From positions 1,888,001-1,952,000 of the forward strand of contig OZ220732.1 in NCBI GenBank assembly GCA_965116905.1: 64,000 nt of DNA. The letters are read 5' to 3'. Made by a program: the position numbers and the translations under genes. Below are positions 61,277 through 64,000 of this stretch, in pieces. Position 1 is the stretch's first letter. Each line of letters begins with the position of its first letter. This DNA is from Longimicrobiales bacterium. Its GTDB lineage: Bacteria > Gemmatimonadota > Gemmatimonadetes > Longimicrobiales > Gaopeijiaceae. The notes below the pieces were generated by a model. That model saw only the letters and a list, made by a program, of their open reading frames with translations. It was not told the origin of the DNA and ran no database searches.

Positions 61277-62595
61277 GGATCGCGGTGCTGGGAAGCGGCT
61301 ATGTGGGACTCACGACGGGGGCGTGCCTGGCCGAGACGGGCAACGATGTCGTGTGCGCGGACATCGTACAGGAGAAGGTGGACGCCCTCAACAGGGGCGA
61401 AGTCCCCTTCTTCGAACCTGGTCTTGCCGCGCTGGTGGCGGAGAACGTGGCGGCGGGGCGCCTCACCATCACCACCGACAACGCGATGGCCGTGCGAGAA
61501 TCGCATATCATCTTCATTGCCGTGGGGACGCCGCAGGGCGACGACGGGTCCGCGGACCTGCAGTACGTCCTTGCGGCGGCCCGGGACGTCGGCCGCGCGA
61601 TGGACGGGGAGCGGATCGTGGTCACGAAGAGCACGGTGCCCGTGGGAACCACGCGGCTGGTGCGCGAGGCCATCGAGGCCGAGACGGATCATCCGGTGCA
61701 TGTGTGCTGCAACCCGGAGTTCCTGAGGGAGGGCGCCGCGATCAGCGACTTCAAGCGGCCCGACCGCGTGGTGCTGGGCGTCGACGACGTCGGGGCGGAG
61801 GAAGTCCTGCGGGACCTTTACGCGCCTTTCGTACGTACGGGTAGGGAGGTCCTCGTCATGGACACGGCTTCGGCCGAGGTCACGAAGTATGCCGCAAACG
61901 CCATGCTCGCCACCCGCATCAGCTTCATGAACACGATTGCCCGTCTCTGCGAGCGCTCAGGTGCCGATGTGGACATGGTGCGCCTTGGCGTGGGTTCGGA
62001 CACACGGATCGGTCCCACCTACCTCTTTCCCGGCCTGGGATACGGCGGGTCGTGCTTTCCGAAAGATGTTGCGGCACTTGTTCGAACCCTCAACACGATG
62101 GATGTCGATGCGTCGATCCTCGAGGCGGTCGAGCGCGTCAACGAAACGCAGAAGCGCCTTCTCCTCGACATGGTGGTCGAACGCTTCGGCGACGACCTGC
62201 ACGGGCGCGTGTTTGCCGTGTGGGGGCTCGCATTCAAGCCGGAGACCGACGACATGCGCGAGGCACCGAGCCTGGTGACGATCCGCGGCCTTCTGTCGCG
62301 GGGCGCAAGGATCGTCTCTCACGACCCTGCCGCACAGAAGGCGGCGCGCGGCATCCTGGGAGACGGCATCGAGTACCGCGACGGCAACTACGACGCGCTC
62401 AGCGGGGCCGATGCGCTGCTCATCCACACGGAGTGGCACCCCTACCGCCACCCCGACTTCGCCCGGATGCGGGCGGCGCTGGCGAGCCCCGTGATCTTCG
62501 ACGGCCGCAATCTCTATGCCCCGCGAGCCATGAAGGACCTGGGCTTCGAGTATTTCTCCGTTGGACGGCGTCCCGTGGCGCCGGTGGTGAACTGA
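61273..62595 (+). CDS. ugd: UDP-glucose 6-dehydrogenase
   Basis: GSGYVGL, KSTVPVG, NPEFLREG, GYGGSCFPKD, FKPETDDMREAP. Confidence 0.93.
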   Translation: MRIAVLGSGYVGLTTGACLAETGNDVVCADIVQEKVDALNRGEVPFFEPGLAALVAENVAAGRLTITTDNAMAVRESHIIFIAVGTPQGDDGSADLQYVLAAARDVGRAMDGERIVVTKSTVPVGTTRLVREAIEAETDHPVHVCCNPEFLREGAAISDFKRPDRVVLGVDDVGAEEVLRDLYAPFVRTGREVLVMDTASAEVTKYAANAMLATRISFMNTIARLCERSGADVDMVRLGVGSDTRIGPTYLFPGLGYGGSCFPKDVAALVRTLNTMDVDASILEAVERVNETQKRLLLDMVVERFGDDLHGRVFAVWGLAFKPETDDMREAPSLVTIRGLLSRGARIVSHDPAAQKAARGILGDGIEYRDGNYDALSGADALLIHTEWHPYRHPDFARMRAALASPVIFDGRNLYAPRAMKDLGFEYFSVGRRPVAPVVN

Positions 62596-62598
62596 GCG

Positions 62599-63573
62599 GT
62601 GCGCGTGCTGATCACCGGAGCGGCGGGCTTCCTCGGCTCGCATCTTGCAGATCGGTTCCTGGCCGAGGGATACGATGTCGTGGGCGTGGACAACTTCGTC
62701 ACCGGTTCGCCCGAAAACCTCGCACACCTCGAGGGGGATCGGCGCTTTCGGCTCATCGAACACGACATCTCGATGCCGCTGGTCGTCGATGGGGAGTTGG
62801 ACGGCGTCCTGCACCTCGCGTCGCCGGCCAGCCCGCCCGACTATCTCGATCTGCCGATCCAGACGCTCGAGGCGGGCGGGTTCGGGGCTCGACACACGCT
62901 GGCCCTGGCGCTGCGGCACCGGGCCCGCTATCTGCTGGCCTCGACCTCGGAGGTGTACGGAGATCCCCAGGTGCACCCCCAGGCGGAGGAGTATTGGGGG
63001 CACGTCAATCCGGTGGGACCGAGGGGCGTGTACGACGAGGCCAAGCGATTCGCGGAGGCGATGACCATGGCCTACCACCGGGCGCACGGGGTGGACACGG
63101 GGATTGCGCGGATCTTCAACACCTACGGCAGGCGCATGCGTCCCGACGACGGACGCGTCGTGTCCAACTTCATCGTGCAGGGCCTGCGCGGGGAGCCGAT
63201 GACCGTGTACGGAGACGGATCCCAGACCCGTTCGTTCTGCTACGTGGACGACTGCGTGGACGGCATCTACAGGCTCTTCCGGTCGACGCGCATCGACCCC
63301 GTCAATATCGGCAACCCGGAGGAGGTCACCGTCCTCGACCTGGCACGCGTGGTGATGCGGGAGACAGGCTCGTCGCAGGCGCCCGTGTTCCTTCCATTGC
63401 CCGCGGACGATCCCGGTGTGAGGTGTCCGGACATCACGGTTGCTCGACGTTGCCTCGACTGGTCGCCGCGCATCGACCTGCGCGAAGGCGTGCGGCGGAC
63501 GGTCCGCTACTTCAGCAATCTGGCCGCTGTCACCGACGTGCGCTCGCGGGTGTTGCGGGAGGCGGTGTCGTGA
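62599..63573 (+). CDS. UDP-glucuronate decarboxylase-family SDR (UDP-xylose synthase-like)
   Basis: [51 protein letters not shown]. Confidence 0.92.
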   Translation: MRVLITGAAGFLGSHLADRFLAEGYDVVGVDNFVTGSPENLAHLEGDRRFRLIEHDISMPLVVDGELDGVLHLASPASPPDYLDLPIQTLEAGGFGARHTLALALRHRARYLLASTSEVYGDPQVHPQAEEYWGHVNPVGPRGVYDEAKRFAEAMTMAYHRAHGVDTGIARIFNTYGRRMRPDDGRVVSNFIVQGLRGEPMTVYGDGSQTRSFCYVDDCVDGIYRLFRSTRIDPVNIGNPEEVTVLDLARVVMRETGSSQAPVFLPLPADDPGVRCPDITVARRCLDWSPRIDLREGVRRTVRYFSNLAAVTDVRSRVLREAVS

Positions 63574-64000
63574 CCGGTGGCGGGTGGAACCGGCGAGCGG
63601 TTTGCGCCGGCGCGTTTGTTCTCCTGGCCGCGGCGTGTGGGGCGGATCCGGGCGACGCCACCGCGCTCAGGCGGGGCGACCGTGCGTTCGCGCGGGGCGA
63701 GTACGAGGAAGCGCTCGCGGAATACCGGCTTGCGCTGCTCAGGGAGGGTCCGGGAGTGCAGGGCCTCGTGAGGGCCGCGCACGCGTACGTGGCGCTGGGG
63801 CGGGTCGACGAAGCCCGCTCGCTGTACGAGCAGGCCGTTCTGGAAGACGATGCCCAGGCCAATCAGGCGGTGTCCGATTTCGTCGCCCTCGCGCGGCGCG
63901 AGCACGAGGCCGGCGACAGCTACGGAATGGCCTCGGCGATGGAGGCGGCGCTACACTTCCGCCCGGGCATCGTCGTCGAGGGGCTGGCGCTGCCGATGGC
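63570..64000 (+). CDS. TPR-containing lipoprotein (3' truncated)
   Basis: GTG overlapping the previous stop; lipobox [48 protein letters not shown]-like helices; open to window end. Confidence 0.75.
   Translation, partial: MTGGGWNRRAVCAGAFVLLAAACGADPGDATALRRGDRAFARGEYEEALAEYRLALLREGPGVQGLVRAAHAYVALGRVDEARSLYEQAVLEDDAQANQAVSDFVALARREHEAGDSYGMASAMEAALHFRPGIVVEGLALPM

Overview
High-GC bacterial chromosome segment. Protein style suggests Gemmatimonadota, possibly a host- or sponge-associated lineage (inference only). The left 39 kb is accessory, metabolic and cell-surface genes: amidases, an RND pump pair, a TonB-dependent receptor, an NHL protein and a Tat-exported PaoABC/xanthine-dehydrogenase-like molybdoenzyme. 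It also holds a cobalamin uptake/salvage locus built around two back-to-back cobalamin riboswitches (btuB plus a BtuG-like lipoprotein leftward; btuF, triple-RidA, cobT, cobU, cobS, cobC, btuC, btuD rightward). Further along are two large secreted BNR/VPS10 propeller proteins, an AAA+/DUF4143 ATPase, a Phd antitoxin remnant, an acyl-CoA oxidase-like gene and purEK. The right 25 kb is the str-S10-spc-alpha ribosomal supercluster, which lacks rpsN and infA and whose S12 carries Arg at position 88, followed by nucleotide-sugar genes. Most interesting signals: (1) a secreted propeller enzyme with a C-terminal dockerin-like Ca2+ loop, translationally coupled to a lipoprotein with a cohesin-like domain, a candidate surface-tethering system; (2) a precisely spaced AT-rich double palindrome (TGTAAA-N6-TTTACA-N3-TGTCAT-N6-TTTACA) present twice, 13 kb apart, once apparently inside a coding signal peptide; (3) the divergent P2-less B12 riboswitch pair with unusual cargo; (4) a G-ending codon regime confined to tuf. 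No rRNA, tRNA, CRISPR array or intact mobile element was seen.
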